A DNA stretch of 64,000 nucleotides from positions 53,379 to 117,378 of IMG/VR virus record IMGVR_UViG_3300023180_005138; one strand, written 5' to 3'. The translations under genes and the position numbers were made by a program. Positions 28,901 through 37,900 of this stretch are shown piece after piece; within the stretch, counting starts at the first letter, position 1; the number at the start of each line of letters is the position of its first letter. The DNA is from a virus. The notes beneath the pieces are model-generated. The model saw nothing but the letters and a program-made list of their open reading frames with translations, made no database searches and was not told the DNA's origin.

Positions 28901-29153
28901 TATCAAGAGTACCCGCTTCGTGTTCGACGCGATATATTTTATCTATAGGGTGATAAAAAGTCTCAGTAACTGTGGATAAAACAGAATGTCCTAATTCGTT
29001 AAAAGCCCATACGGAATCTCCTACTTCAATATCTGAAATAGGTTTAAATCCTGATTCTATAGAGATAAGAGTATCAGGAGCAAAACAACCTCCTCCTCCG
29101 CCTCCACCTTCTATTAAAGGAACCGCAGTATCATCAATATAAAGCACTGTCAT
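22977..29153 (-). CDS. Tail tip attachment / central fibre protein (lambda J-like) with an N-terminal Hint domain
   Basis: LGEGPV, IVKGLIVKVPSNY, WTQNPAWIIYDML, GQVWSIG-like segment, FN3-like C-terminal repeats; follows the I-, K- and L-like genes. Confidence 0.88.
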   Translation of the reverse strand: MTVLYIDDTAVPLIEGGGGGGGCFAPDTLISIESGFKPISDIEVGDSVWAFNELGHSVLSTVTETFYHPIDKIYRVEHEAGTLDITPNHWVLKEDGTYQELKDFKVGDNLLTNDNQLSKINSIEYLRDGEVYNFKVSHVHSYIANGVYVHNGGGGGKGGGSGTETPNNLFSTDILLLTLGLGEGPVYRINPNGPQDIEFNEGNIEDLLVEGVVDDEKFFYYTNTGTISQQRIPLFGDYTFIPQRLQGTVELKKGNADGVPRSAVDKQDTSPTALTACKFYFIIGGLQKQNDKGDVLPETIEVKVTLYNRDGTEELATQTRTINGKTNVAFSFDIYLAVPTNKIDDAGYKFTVEKTNADTASSKVQASVTFQGWTEIIEEPIAYTRTATVGYALKAFAEHKGGMPAITQIVKGLIVKVPSNYNQPILENGDIDWREVEVSATDRTNYGYSQQKTGTTLLTGTPVIYNGLWDGQFVFSWTQNPAWIIYDMLTNKSYGLGIPEENVDKFSFYDAAVYNDACDVTTGEFVGVAAEADGTNRYKPRGVKTKVTEVLVGIDAGLGVLERRFIYDGVISDQKQVMDAINIVSLSSRSILFYSGGKIMMYQDKPDNMPSAVFNETNIIAGTMNISGISEESLITGVDVTYIDPTLHFRREVLRIDDPKALRERNSIENIAKIDLDGVARKSQAIRAAQYVIADSKYSRRKVGFKTGIEASELTPGSIIAVSQRATSVGWGYGGIVSNSSTASNTAIYLEHIGNPSITSSFFTANTDPLILRVSSHTSGLVDAYIISNTSFNLSNTANVTGGAEVIRVEALSKWDHPSKTFNAFSGGWGTFHTPSRYDTWSIGTIANPTDIFTAQSDKLFRIINMKREPDETVFIEAREYISNVYVDSDTLINYKPLAFTDLFSPLQAPPAPMFELRAVPKRDLDGSVYTDIDISFTNDFTGYSNETRTDFFHAPPFNTRSLVSNTTPQASRDIIKVHMDDFTDILEGESVTLMGKNGFTTEIGRSKILVTGYDIVDIGADEEANGYIELSLTGLNNLQDINFGTHVLAVNDTFDFGGLKGNDKITLPINSKDEGGTGDAAGLLGFIGSDTRVTQYSANVTSYNASTNTIKILNDHSGSTTIHGLLPDPPFYIKVPQVIDHRYFANNSLYVTGTHLDLVRSNTATISNLIDNHVFKQPLGVSLRHTGFVEVFINGGTHSDFTLEKGLDNLSNSQVSINLSTLPTSISNLDIRVTANVYTVPILERGDNITWNAGNVYGISDSTFDIAAPSYDAALTANGIYRVTLSDNIKSNVATAFAINITEDPIGTVGNLDLGSKTFTFDYNHLRYRGLLNLANNGVYTTNTPVNTFIPLNLESGSKRVINRAEVGIHSVRARNVTKYGRRSPFTTKSVSVRPIPIKAVSNLAIAEELYKDSTLGVSTRIMVSFDHITGQEVTDYEISYKISGDIAGDLTSFNTVKVSAAGVDEDGKIRIKIDNIERGLSSNPNAIVVRVIPLNKNIRGSVAIKQASITGKLAPPKNVVNFAVGQASDTLVMIWRYVIDPITGDNYDLDLLEVQIKKVEGSIATDQATLLDLWPRAQEVAIVDARTNRVVIDIDQYGQYSYLVRTKDTSGIFSTDIVAASFTSQPVSFSKTYQIFSEDTPGVPLVVGVHNSNNTESAYASFYSSNTGGLSYAKADSLFDSSVVDNANGSSSGWSVIGGSPTDLRALENAEYVTQIRDLGNTLTASIQLELVGSQALKSTWLDYSEQIGGDQVTEAASGSGKLKDVDFSGTLGIGEILGSSNTGAATVTYHSENKTLVSGLQGSFPANVYGIVAIGNYDGDDSNANVFSLIAGVSNDNEIILGDSWYANGMSTGSNGFANLEVAGSSYKLVNLKQWLDLSEGATFYGTSGIVTTNTEVRYATTSPYFANGNVDSSAFTSVAGSDGFENFVTGARTFRYFQFRYKVNNSDPTQAELILDKFNYKITLDERLYTEIVTVDTLSKYVDYSQMAFTQIPKVTGSIVSASSNQLAQPQVIILDRGLGGANISVYFSNGVSAHNIGGPSGILPQVDFAVTGV
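28701..29087 (-). other. Hint (intein-like/BIL) domain, residues C23-N151 of J, no endonuclease, +1 residue Gly
   Basis: Block A CFAPDT, block B TPNH, block F VYNFKV, block G SYIANGVYVHN; flanked by G7 and G5K. Confidence 0.88.
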
Positions 29154-29170
29154 TCTGTATAATCTACCTT

Positions 29171-29887
29171 TTAATTTGTCCTAGTAATTTCATCTGACCT
29201 AGTATAAAATATGTCACTCACAGCGATTGTATCGTTTTCTCCGTGTTTTATAGTTTCTACGTGCCCACTTAACATTTGTCCTGCAACTCTAGGAGCACCA
29301 TAAATCAGAGGAACATTAGCATTAGTATCTGTAGTATTCTCTAAAGCATCAAACATATCATTATTTCTTCTTTGTTGGTTATTATTACTATTATTAACAG
29401 GCTCTGGAGGTTTCATCATCATTTGCATTAGTCCAGCCAAAACCAGACCAATACCCATTTTAAGCAGCCCTCCTGCTGTCAGACCAGCGATACCGACCTT
29501 AGCACTAGCATCAAATGCTGCAAGCCCACCAGCGGCGAAGGCACCTCCAGTAAAAAGGGCGAGACCTATTAAAACTACTCCCAAAAGTACCATTAAAAGA
29601 CCACTTTTTCCTCCTGACCCTTCTAAAATAGGGACTAAGGTAAGTTCTTCATGTTTTAATCTATTAAATTCATAGTCTTTTTTCTTTAATAGTTCTCCTT
29701 CTGGAGTTATTAAACTAATATTTTCTTTTAAACATCCTGTAGAGATAGTTTTTATATACCTTCTCATTTTAGGAAATAAAGCCACTAATGCATGACGTAT
29801 ATCAGAAATACTGTTTACGTCTACTTGGTGAGACTTAACTCCTGTCATTTCTTGAAATGCGGGATGAAAGTTTAAAGTAACTAGCAT
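29171..29887 (-). CDS. Tail assembly protein I-like (ubiquitin-like N-domain plus hydrophobic Gly/Ala segment)
   Basis: N-domain ends in VPILEGSGG, then a hydrophobic helix, then NVPLIYGAPRVAGQMLS. Confidence 0.82.
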   Translation of the reverse strand: MLVTLNFHPAFQEMTGVKSHQVDVNSISDIRHALVALFPKMRRYIKTISTGCLKENISLITPEGELLKKKDYEFNRLKHEELTLVPILEGSGGKSGLLMVLLGVVLIGLALFTGGAFAAGGLAAFDASAKVGIAGLTAGGLLKMGIGLVLAGLMQMMMKPPEPVNNSNNNQQRRNNDMFDALENTTDTNANVPLIYGAPRVAGQMLSGHVETIKHGENDTIAVSDIFYTRSDEITRTN

Positions 29888-30252
29888 TGTAAATCTGATT
29901 CCTCTAATGGTTTAAATCTTAGATAATTTAAGTCATCTAACCAGTATAAATAATATTCCTCTTTTGGACTACCAACTATAAATTTATATTGTTTAAATAT
30001 AGCAGAGTTCTTATCATGATCACTAGGTAGTACGTCATGATAAGCAGTATGGCTATGAAAAATACCCCAGCAATCCTCTCCATACTTGAATAAGGCTCTG
30101 GGGTCTAAGACAAAACTTTCTGATGGCACAGGACTAAGATTATCACAAGGAATATATTCAAAGTTTTTTGTAATAATTCCACAACATTCTACTTCAGTAT
30201 TTTCATTAATATGTTTTTTAAATCCTGCTACTAAGTCTTTGTACCTATCCAT
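29881..30252 (-). CDS. JAB/MPN metalloprotease (lambda K N-domain-like)
   Basis: ECCGII...NLSPVPSESFVLDP...IFHSH...PSDHD. Confidence 0.85.
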   Translation of the reverse strand: MDRYKDLVAGFKKHINENTEVECCGIITKNFEYIPCDNLSPVPSESFVLDPRALFKYGEDCWGIFHSHTAYHDVLPSDHDKNSAIFKQYKFIVGSPKEEYYLYWLDDLNYLRFKPLEESDLQC

Positions 30253-30686
30253 TTATATATCCCCATCGTATATTGTTTATAATAGTTACCATATGTAGCT
30301 ATATGTGATTTGTGATTTTGTAATATATGCAGTATCTTATTATTCCCTATATATAAACCACAATGATTAGTAATTGTAGAAGCACCAATAGTCATAGTTA
30401 TAACATCAAATTCTTTAGGACTATTAACTAACTGCCATCCATAATCTTTAGAAGATGCTTTTTTAATATTATCTTCATGAATTTGCTGATACCAGTAATC
30501 GTCTACTATATTACACCAGTCTCTAGTAGTATAGGGTATTTCTATTTCAAGTTCTTGTTTATAAATATACTTAACTAAATTAAAACAATCTATTCCAGTA
30601 TTAGGGTCTAATCCTAAATGTTTAAAAGGAAGCCCTACGTATTTATCCCATTCCACCGCCATATACTTGCTATTTGATCTCTCCAA
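30231..30686 (-). CDS. NlpC/P60 peptidase (lambda K C-domain-like)
   Basis: YVGLPF...GIDCFNL, NHCGLYIG, ILH. Confidence 0.85.
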   Translation of the reverse strand: MERSNSKYMAVEWDKYVGLPFKHLGLDPNTGIDCFNLVKYIYKQELEIEIPYTTRDWCNIVDDYWYQQIHEDNIKKASSKDYGWQLVNSPKEFDVITMTIGASTITNHCGLYIGNNKILHILQNHKSHIATYGNYYKQYTMGIYKWIGTKT

Positions 30687-31066
30687 TCTTGATTTAATAC
30701 CTCAATTAAAGAACTTTTTCCTTCCGGTAAGTGAATAAATCTATTAGCCTCTATATATAAACCAAAATGAGTTGGTATTAAACGACCTGATTTAAATATT
30801 ATTACATCATATTCTTGCAACTCTGTCAAGTAAACTTTTTTAGCAACAGTAGTTGCCCAATCTTCAAGTGTCTGAACGGATAAGCGCTTCATCCAACCTC
30901 TTCCATCTTTTGGCTTACCCCCTGGAAGACCTAAAGGTTCCCACAAACTTTCAAAAACATTAGAATTAAGCTCATTTTTATAGATGGAATCTATAAGAGT
31001 AATACAATTATTTTCTAAGTAATTATGTTGAATTCCTAAGTATTTAAGATATTTTGATTCCATCAT
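30635..31066 (-). CDS. Second NlpC/P60-like protein
   Basis: YLGIQH...NNCITLI, YDVIIF, THFGLY, FIH. Confidence 0.75.
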   Translation of the reverse strand: MMESKYLKYLGIQHNYLENNCITLIDSIYKNELNSNVFESLWEPLGLPGGKPKDGRGWMKRLSVQTLEDWATTVAKKVYLTELQEYDVIIFKSGRLIPTHFGLYIEANRFIHLPEGKSSLIEVLNQDWRDQIASIWRWNGINT

Positions 31067-32219
31067 ACCAATCTGCTAACTGAGGGACTATAGCTGTAAA
31101 ATTTTCGTTTCTATTTCTGTCTAAAATTCCAGTATTTTTCTTAAAGATACACTCTAATTTTTCTCTGTCTTTTATCTCACCATTCATATATCTTAACCAG
31201 TCTGACATATGTTTAATATCAGATATATGTAAATCTTTTTTGTGAGTCTCTATAAAATTTTTATAATACCTCATTATTTTTTGCTTTTCTTCAGTAGGTA
31301 AAACTTGCAAAGAAATAGAAGGGGGAGTAACTAGCGTTGTACCAAAGATAGGTATATTTTTCTTTTTACCCCATAAAAGTAAATCAGGCATAGAATAAAT
31401 AGTTAATATAGATACGACTGAACTAATAGAGGTAACATAGGGTTTAACCATATCTATATTAGACTCAAAGTCTTCCCAAACTAACTCTTTTCTAACATAT
31501 TCTGTAACTTCTTTATAACCATCACAACTCGTCCAGAGGTTGACTTTCTTAAACTGTTTCCATAAAGATACTAGATCATATTCTTTAAATTTTAAAATAG
31601 ATAGGTTAGTGTTATACTGAACATTTATATCAGTTTTACCCTTAGAAATTAAGTACTCCAGTATTTTATAATGTTGCTCTAATACTAAAGGCTCTCCTCC
31701 TGCAAAATATAAAACTTCTAAATTAGGATATATTAACTCTAATCCTTCCCAAAACAAATCATTATCCCACTGCTCTTCTTTTTTACCTTGAATTGAAAAT
31801 AAGTTTTTACCTTCTTTTATCCAAGCAGTACTAGAAGCAGGACCGCAAGTTCTGCACCTAAAATTACAAGTATTTCCTAGTCTAAAATCTATATAAGGAG
31901 GGGGAGGAGGGGTAAGGGTTTTTTGTAGGTACTCTTTGTGACTCCAAAAATTATTAGCGTTATTCTTTGGATTTTCAATAACACCTAATTCATCTTTTTT
32001 AAAACAAGGATTATAACACTGTTCTGGTATTTTCCCTTCTAAAAAAGATTTTCTTAATTCTATGTACGGAGTTCCGTGCCACACATCCATAATAGGTTGT
32101 GTATTATCTCCTAAAGAATCTTTATTTGAAAAAGAATCTGAAAAGCAACAGGCTTTATACTCCCCTCTCATATTACCATGCATATGAATCCACGGTAATA
32201 TACATCCTTTTATTGCCAT
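31044..32219 (-). CDS. Radical SAM protein with an N-terminal twitch/SPASM-like Cys cluster, inserted in the tail-tip operon
   Basis: CILPW...ACC...CYNPC, DFRLGNTCNFRCRTC, YFAGGEP, QYNTNLS. Confidence 0.88.
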   Translation of the reverse strand: MAIKGCILPWIHMHGNMRGEYKACCFSDSFSNKDSLGDNTQPIMDVWHGTPYIELRKSFLEGKIPEQCYNPCFKKDELGVIENPKNNANNFWSHKEYLQKTLTPPPPPYIDFRLGNTCNFRCRTCGPASSTAWIKEGKNLFSIQGKKEEQWDNDLFWEGLELIYPNLEVLYFAGGEPLVLEQHYKILEYLISKGKTDINVQYNTNLSILKFKEYDLVSLWKQFKKVNLWTSCDGYKEVTEYVRKELVWEDFESNIDMVKPYVTSISSVVSILTIYSMPDLLLWGKKKNIPIFGTTLVTPPSISLQVLPTEEKQKIMRYYKNFIETHKKDLHISDIKHMSDWLRYMNGEIKDREKLECIFKKNTGILDRNRNENFTAIVPQLADWYDGIKIS

Positions 32220-33961
32220 TACTGTTTTGGTACCTGTCTTCCTGTTCCTGGAAACCCTCCAAAATGAATTGTATTATTTCTAACTCTACAGGCTTCATAT
32301 GATTTACCACATTCATCATCTTTTATTGATGCTGCGATAGTATTATTAGCAAATATAGGATTTGTATTAGCATAACGAGTCGGAAAAGTACCTGGTATAG
32401 CACTAGCGGCAGCAGGAGGGGTAGGAGGTCCAGGATATTGACACTCAGTTCCTTTATACTCCCATTGACACGTATTTTTATAAAATTTTCTTTTTGGAAG
32501 ACGTAGTTTAAAATACTGTAACCAACTAGTTAAAGTAAATTCTGCAATTTGCTCATTTAGAGTAGGCATTTCTAAAATTTTAAATACATCTTTTACATAG
32601 GCTTCTGGATCATAATCATCGTTTACGATATAAAGGTTTTGTGTTTCTGCTGCATTAGCTAGAGGGGCACTCAAAAATAAAATTCTTTCTTCTTGAATAT
32701 CTTGAATAGTTCTAGTAGCAGTTCCAAATTGATTTTTAACATTATCGCCTACTCTATAAGGAGCTGCGTTTACTACAGATATGACATTTCCACTAATATA
32801 ATCTATACTAGAGTGTTCTGGCCAGTATTCAAGATGTGTTGCAAAAGTAGACTTAATTTCTACAACTCCTCCAAGAAAATCTCTCGTATCGTATTTAAGT
32901 TGTTCCCAGTCTTCCCCTAATGTCTGTGCTCTTGAATATCCCCAAGCTGAGTTTGTAGTTCCATAATAAGAATCTACGACATCTTGATTAAAATGAACAT
33001 TACCTACAACTGTCGCCGGGTCAAGACCCCACACCATTTCACCATTTACCATAGCATGACAAGAGTTAGACGTAACATTTCCTACTAAGTATGGATTTTC
33101 TACAAGAGTAGTAACAACATTATCATAGTTAGATACCGAAATACTAACTCTATCAATACTTCCATCCGAAGAAGTAGAAATACCAGAAGATTCTACTGGA
33201 TAAGGAAGATAACTCTCTCCTGCAAAAGAAACATTGTAGGTTAAATCAGAAAAATTATCACCAATTACTTCTGCTATTCTCCACGGCATGTCTACAGGCC
33301 AAGCGTATCCGGCACCCTCTCCAGAAGGATTACCGTTTTCATTAGGAGGATACCACTCTCCGGGGTAATAAAAAGTATATAGTCTTACTACAGGAGGTTG
33401 AGTAAATGCATGTCGTGCTCTAATAAAAGGGCTAACATTTATTGCTGAAATTGTAGCACTAGAAGATTGTACTGCGTTTGCAGCTATTAAAGTGCCTGTT
33501 GAAGAAGCAAAACTAAAAGCATTAGTATTACCCGTTTGTCTAAATACTTTAATAGTTGATTGACCTGGAAGAGTGCTATCAAAAAATTGAATCTTATTAT
33601 TTCCTTCATGATAGGTCCAATCATTAGGATAAGCTATTTGTTCATTAACATAGACACTAAGTTCTGTAGCATAGGTAGGAATTGTCAAACCAGTTAGCGT
33701 AACATACTCTGTGCTTGAAGTTGCAGCAAATGATTGTATTGAAACAACATTAGAAAGTAAATAATGATTACTGTATACAGATTCTCCTACAGTAAATTCT
33801 TGAAAAGCATTAGCAACTTTAACTTTAATATTACTTGTAGAAGGATCTACATTAGCAACATACCCAAAAGTTTCAGAACTGGCACCAATAATATTGTTTC
33901 CATTCTTAAATGGGGTTGTATCATTAACTGTTAAAATATAATCATAAAGTCTAGTAGACAT
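32219..33961 (-). CDS. Minor tail protein L-like (C-terminal Fe-S cysteines) with an extended N-terminus
   Basis: YLPYPVE, LPKRKFYKNTCQWEYKGTEC, DECGKSYEAC, HFGGFPG. Confidence 0.82.
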   Translation of the reverse strand: MSTRLYDYILTVNDTTPFKNGNNIIGASSETFGYVANVDPSTSNIKVKVANAFQEFTVGESVYSNHYLLSNVVSIQSFAATSSTEYVTLTGLTIPTYATELSVYVNEQIAYPNDWTYHEGNNKIQFFDSTLPGQSTIKVFRQTGNTNAFSFASSTGTLIAANAVQSSSATISAINVSPFIRARHAFTQPPVVRLYTFYYPGEWYPPNENGNPSGEGAGYAWPVDMPWRIAEVIGDNFSDLTYNVSFAGESYLPYPVESSGISTSSDGSIDRVSISVSNYDNVVTTLVENPYLVGNVTSNSCHAMVNGEMVWGLDPATVVGNVHFNQDVVDSYYGTTNSAWGYSRAQTLGEDWEQLKYDTRDFLGGVVEIKSTFATHLEYWPEHSSIDYISGNVISVVNAAPYRVGDNVKNQFGTATRTIQDIQEERILFLSAPLANAAETQNLYIVNDDYDPEAYVKDVFKILEMPTLNEQIAEFTLTSWLQYFKLRLPKRKFYKNTCQWEYKGTECQYPGPPTPPAAASAIPGTFPTRYANTNPIFANNTIAASIKDDECGKSYEACRVRNNTIHFGGFPGTGRQVPKQ

Positions 33962-34938
33962 TAATCAAAATCTTCCATTAAATTTATAGTAACTGAGTAA
34001 AAATTTTGGGTAAGAGCGGTACCACCAGAAATAACTTGTTGAATTTGTAGAGGTCCATTAAATCTTGTTCTTACTGTACCAGTACTATTAATATGTGTCA
34101 AGTCAAAAGTGAAAGTTTCATACTCTCCGTTCATAGATACATAAAAATCTTCAATTGCTTGTTTTTCAACACCAGAAATATTATTGTATGCTAACTGATA
34201 CTGTCTTTTTCCTCTGCGAGACATTAATCGTCTCTTTTCATAACCGCTTTGAGTCGCATATTTATTTACATTAAATTGACGACCGAGTTGGAACCCATTA
34301 GAAGGTTTACGATCTCTCATATCATTAAATCGACCAATTGAGTCTACTTGAGGAGCAAACGTTCTAATTTCTAGAGTAACATTAGCGTAATCTACTTCTT
34401 CTTCGTCTACAGCAGGGGCTACTGGAAGGTCTATACCATTTACTCCTAAAGTAGCACTTGGATAAGTAAAACTATCTGGATTCTGTAACACGCCTGAAAG
34501 CGTAACAAATATAGCGTTGGCTTCATTTTCTCCTATACTACCTAAAACAGGAGTTGGAAGAGAAAAAGTTGTAGCAACACCGTTTAATAGATACGTGTTA
34601 GAATCTATAATAGTAGCAGAAGTATTTGAATAATGAGCGTAAAAAACAGCGGGATACTTTCGAGTTACTCTAAACCTATTAGGCAAATCAATAGTTCTAA
34701 GGATAAGTTCATCAGCACTTGGGGCTGCTACAAAAGTAATAGAACCGTTATTATTAGATAAATAATAACTTGAAACATCTTGAACAATACCATCAATAGT
34801 AGCTATTACCTCTCCTGAAAATGATACTGTAGAAGGAAGGGGGAATTCAATTTCGATTCCTGTAGTAGTATATGTTTTTGTTCCCACAGTCGAAAAAGCG
34901 TCTAGTGCTACTGTAGCGTCGTTTGGATATGTAGCCAT
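33961..34938 (-). CDS. Distal tail / minor tail protein M-like with N-terminal extra domains
   Basis: C-terminal GYEKRR...YQLAYNNIS...IEDFY...GEYETFTF; immediately follows the tape measure. Confidence 0.7.
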   Translation of the reverse strand: MATYPNDATVALDAFSTVGTKTYTTTGIEIEFPLPSTVSFSGEVIATIDGIVQDVSSYYLSNNNGSITFVAAPSADELILRTIDLPNRFRVTRKYPAVFYAHYSNTSATIIDSNTYLLNGVATTFSLPTPVLGSIGENEANAIFVTLSGVLQNPDSFTYPSATLGVNGIDLPVAPAVDEEEVDYANVTLEIRTFAPQVDSIGRFNDMRDRKPSNGFQLGRQFNVNKYATQSGYEKRRLMSRRGKRQYQLAYNNISGVEKQAIEDFYVSMNGEYETFTFDLTHINSTGTVRTRFNGPLQIQQVISGGTALTQNFYSVTINLMEDFD

Positions 34939-34940
34939 TT

Positions 34941-37900
34941 TTATGTATTACTCCTAATTGATCTTCTGATAGGGCCGTTTGTATCTAGGTCCTTAAGAAT
35001 CAGTTTAACAATTGCTGTTTCGCCGTCCATCTGTGTTTCTCCTTGTTCAGCTTCTTTATCTGATCCTTTATTTTCTATTTGAACTTTTACCTTTGGTGCT
35101 GAATTAAGAGCGGTTTTACCTGTAGCATTCATGCGCTCCATATTTGAAGCACCGATAGCATCTACAGCACTCTTCTTCATTACAAACTCGCCTGGCTCTA
35201 AGAGAGCAGGCACGCTATCACGGGTTCTAACATTACCGCCTGCTGCATAACGAGCAATACCTTGTCTACCTACTAAACCACCTGATGCAGCAGCCACTAG
35301 GGCAGTAAAGAATCCACCGCCACCACCAGCAGAACCAGATGCACCTACAGTTTGTAGGGCTGTAGCAGCACTATAGGCTGCTGTAGTTAGTGTAGTATCC
35401 GCCGTTGTTTGACTTACAGCAGCTACCTTAGACCCCACCTGTGCTGCTTCTAGTGCTTGTGTGGCAGCACCTGCGCTTCCTAAACTACCACCAAGAACGC
35501 TTGCATCATTACCTACGTTGAGTAGGCTGCCTCCAGCAGTCTGTGTATCAGTACCAAAGCTACTTAAAAGTCCACTACTATCCGTAACTTTGGTACCAAA
35601 ATCGCCAAGATTTGTTACGCCATCCTTAAGGCCTGTTGTAAAGTTATCAAGCTCTGCAGTTACTCCCTCAAGGCCAAGGCCACCGTCGCCGATGCCGGCT
35701 TCTGATACACGATTAGTAAACTTATCCGTAGAGAAAGGTGTGGCCGCTGGGAATCCTCCCATAGGAGCTTGTCCAAAACTGGTTCCGAAGGGACTCCCTA
35801 GAGGAGTGAAAGAGCCTCCAATATTACCTAAACCTCCAGGGGCGCCAAAACCCATAGCACCAAAACCACCGGGGCCTGACGGGTTAAGAGTATTTTGACC
35901 AAACATATCAAAAGGACCATATGTTGTCGAAGAATAACCTGTTCCCATTGGATTAAAACCGCCGCCTAAATTATAGTCAGATTGTACCTGATCTCCCAAT
36001 AGAGTACCTATTGGTACGTTTTTACTCTTAAGCACCTCAACAGGGACTCCATTAGACGTTATTCCGCCGCTGCCGCCACCAAACCAATCGCTTACCATAT
36101 CTCCTAGATTTTTAAAAGCACCCGAAACAGAATCTACTATTCCAGATACGCCAGATTTTATACTATCCCATAAATCACTAAATGCACCTTTTGTTTCTTC
36201 TAACATCTCACCAGGAACAGGGGACTTTCCACTACCACCAGTATCAGTAATCTTTGGACCACCAGTACCAGGAATCTTTAGACCACCAGCTGCTTCACCT
36301 ACTCCACCACCAGAGCAAGCACAGAACTCTGATACGTTAGTAACATAAACTGATTGGATGCCAACGTCTTTAAGGGCTTTAACACTTCCTTCAATATTTC
36401 CGAGACTTGATTTAATAGCTGAAGAAGCCGCATCAGGTAGAGTCTGTGTTAATGCTGTTGTAGCAGTTTTAGTAAGCCCTCCTAACAATCCTTGGAATTG
36501 TTGTTTAAGAAAATCAGTTACAGGCTGTACAATAAACTGCTTAAAAGCTTGTTTAGCTAGGTCCACTAAAATACCCTTAAGCATATTCATTAGACCTTCT
36601 TTAAAGTTCTTCATTGTTAGAGTACCGTTTTTAATAGCCTCAAATAAATCATCGACACCTTTATTAAGAGCACCTTCGATAATTCCTGCTGCTGCTTGTA
36701 AATATTTTAATAACCCAGCTTCTTCTAACTGGTACTTTCTTTCTGCTAAAGCAATAATTTCCTTTTGCTTATCTCTTTCAATGTTTAAAGCTGTTAGCTT
36801 TTCTTGTGCGTTAGAAGAAGCGGCAGCTTTTTGTGCCTCAATACTTTTTAACTGAGCTTCGGTATTAGCACTCTGTGCTTCTATTTCTTTAATTTTCTGA
36901 TTATAATTTTCAAGTATTTTTGCTGATTCAGCGGCATATCTTCTGTCTACGTCAGCTTGAATTTTTTTAATCTTCTGCTCTTCTGCGTTTAAAAGCGATG
37001 TTTTAAGATCTGCAAGACGTTGATTCTTCTTAATCTCCTCGTTTAATATATCAGCACTTGCAGTTTTTTGTGCCTCAATATTAGTTCGTAAATTCTCAAC
37101 ATTAGTTTGAAGGGTCTTAATAGTAGAATTAGCCAACTCCCTTGCAGTCTTCTTAACTTCCTCAAGTTGTGGATCTTTCTTACCAGTTTGCAACTCTACT
37201 AGTCTAGCCTGTTGCTCTAAAATTTTAGCCATTGCTGTAATGTATCTATCATCTACCTGAGCCTGCATTTCAAGAAGCTTAACCTTCTTTTCAATTAGTC
37301 CTAGTTGATATTCTCTATCCTTAGCAGCATTTGCTGCTTGTAAGTCAGCAACTTTTTGTTGAGATAAAACAAGTTCTTTTTCTTTAACAATTTGCTCCGC
37401 TCTGTCAGAACGAGCCTTATCATCCAGCGCCTTTTTCTCATCTAGTGCTTTGAACTGGTCAAGTGCTTCAAGTGCTGCATTAGTTTTCTTTACCTCGTTT
37501 AATTCTATTTGTTCTCTTAGTATAGCAGCTTGTTTATCTAAAGCAGCTAAGTCAGCAGCTAGTTTAGTGCGAATTAAGTTTTCTTCTCTATCAAGACGCG
37601 CCATTTCTGCATTAAACTTTTCCCGAGCAACATTAATCTCTGCATCTCTAATTTGTTTTTCTGTAGCTAAATTACCTAATAAACCTAATTGATTTTGTTG
37701 TCTTTCTGCAGCATTAACTTTTTGTAAATCTGCTCGTCGAGCAGCAGCATTAGTTGCTCGTTGCGCAGCTTCTGCTCTAGCAGCTTCTGCCTGTGCTAAT
37801 TGTTTGGAGGCTTCTAAAGCTTTTATTCTTAAGTCAACTTCTTGTTCAAGTCCTTTTCTAACAGTAGCAGCCGCAGCTCTTTCAGCCGCGTTAGCTTCGT

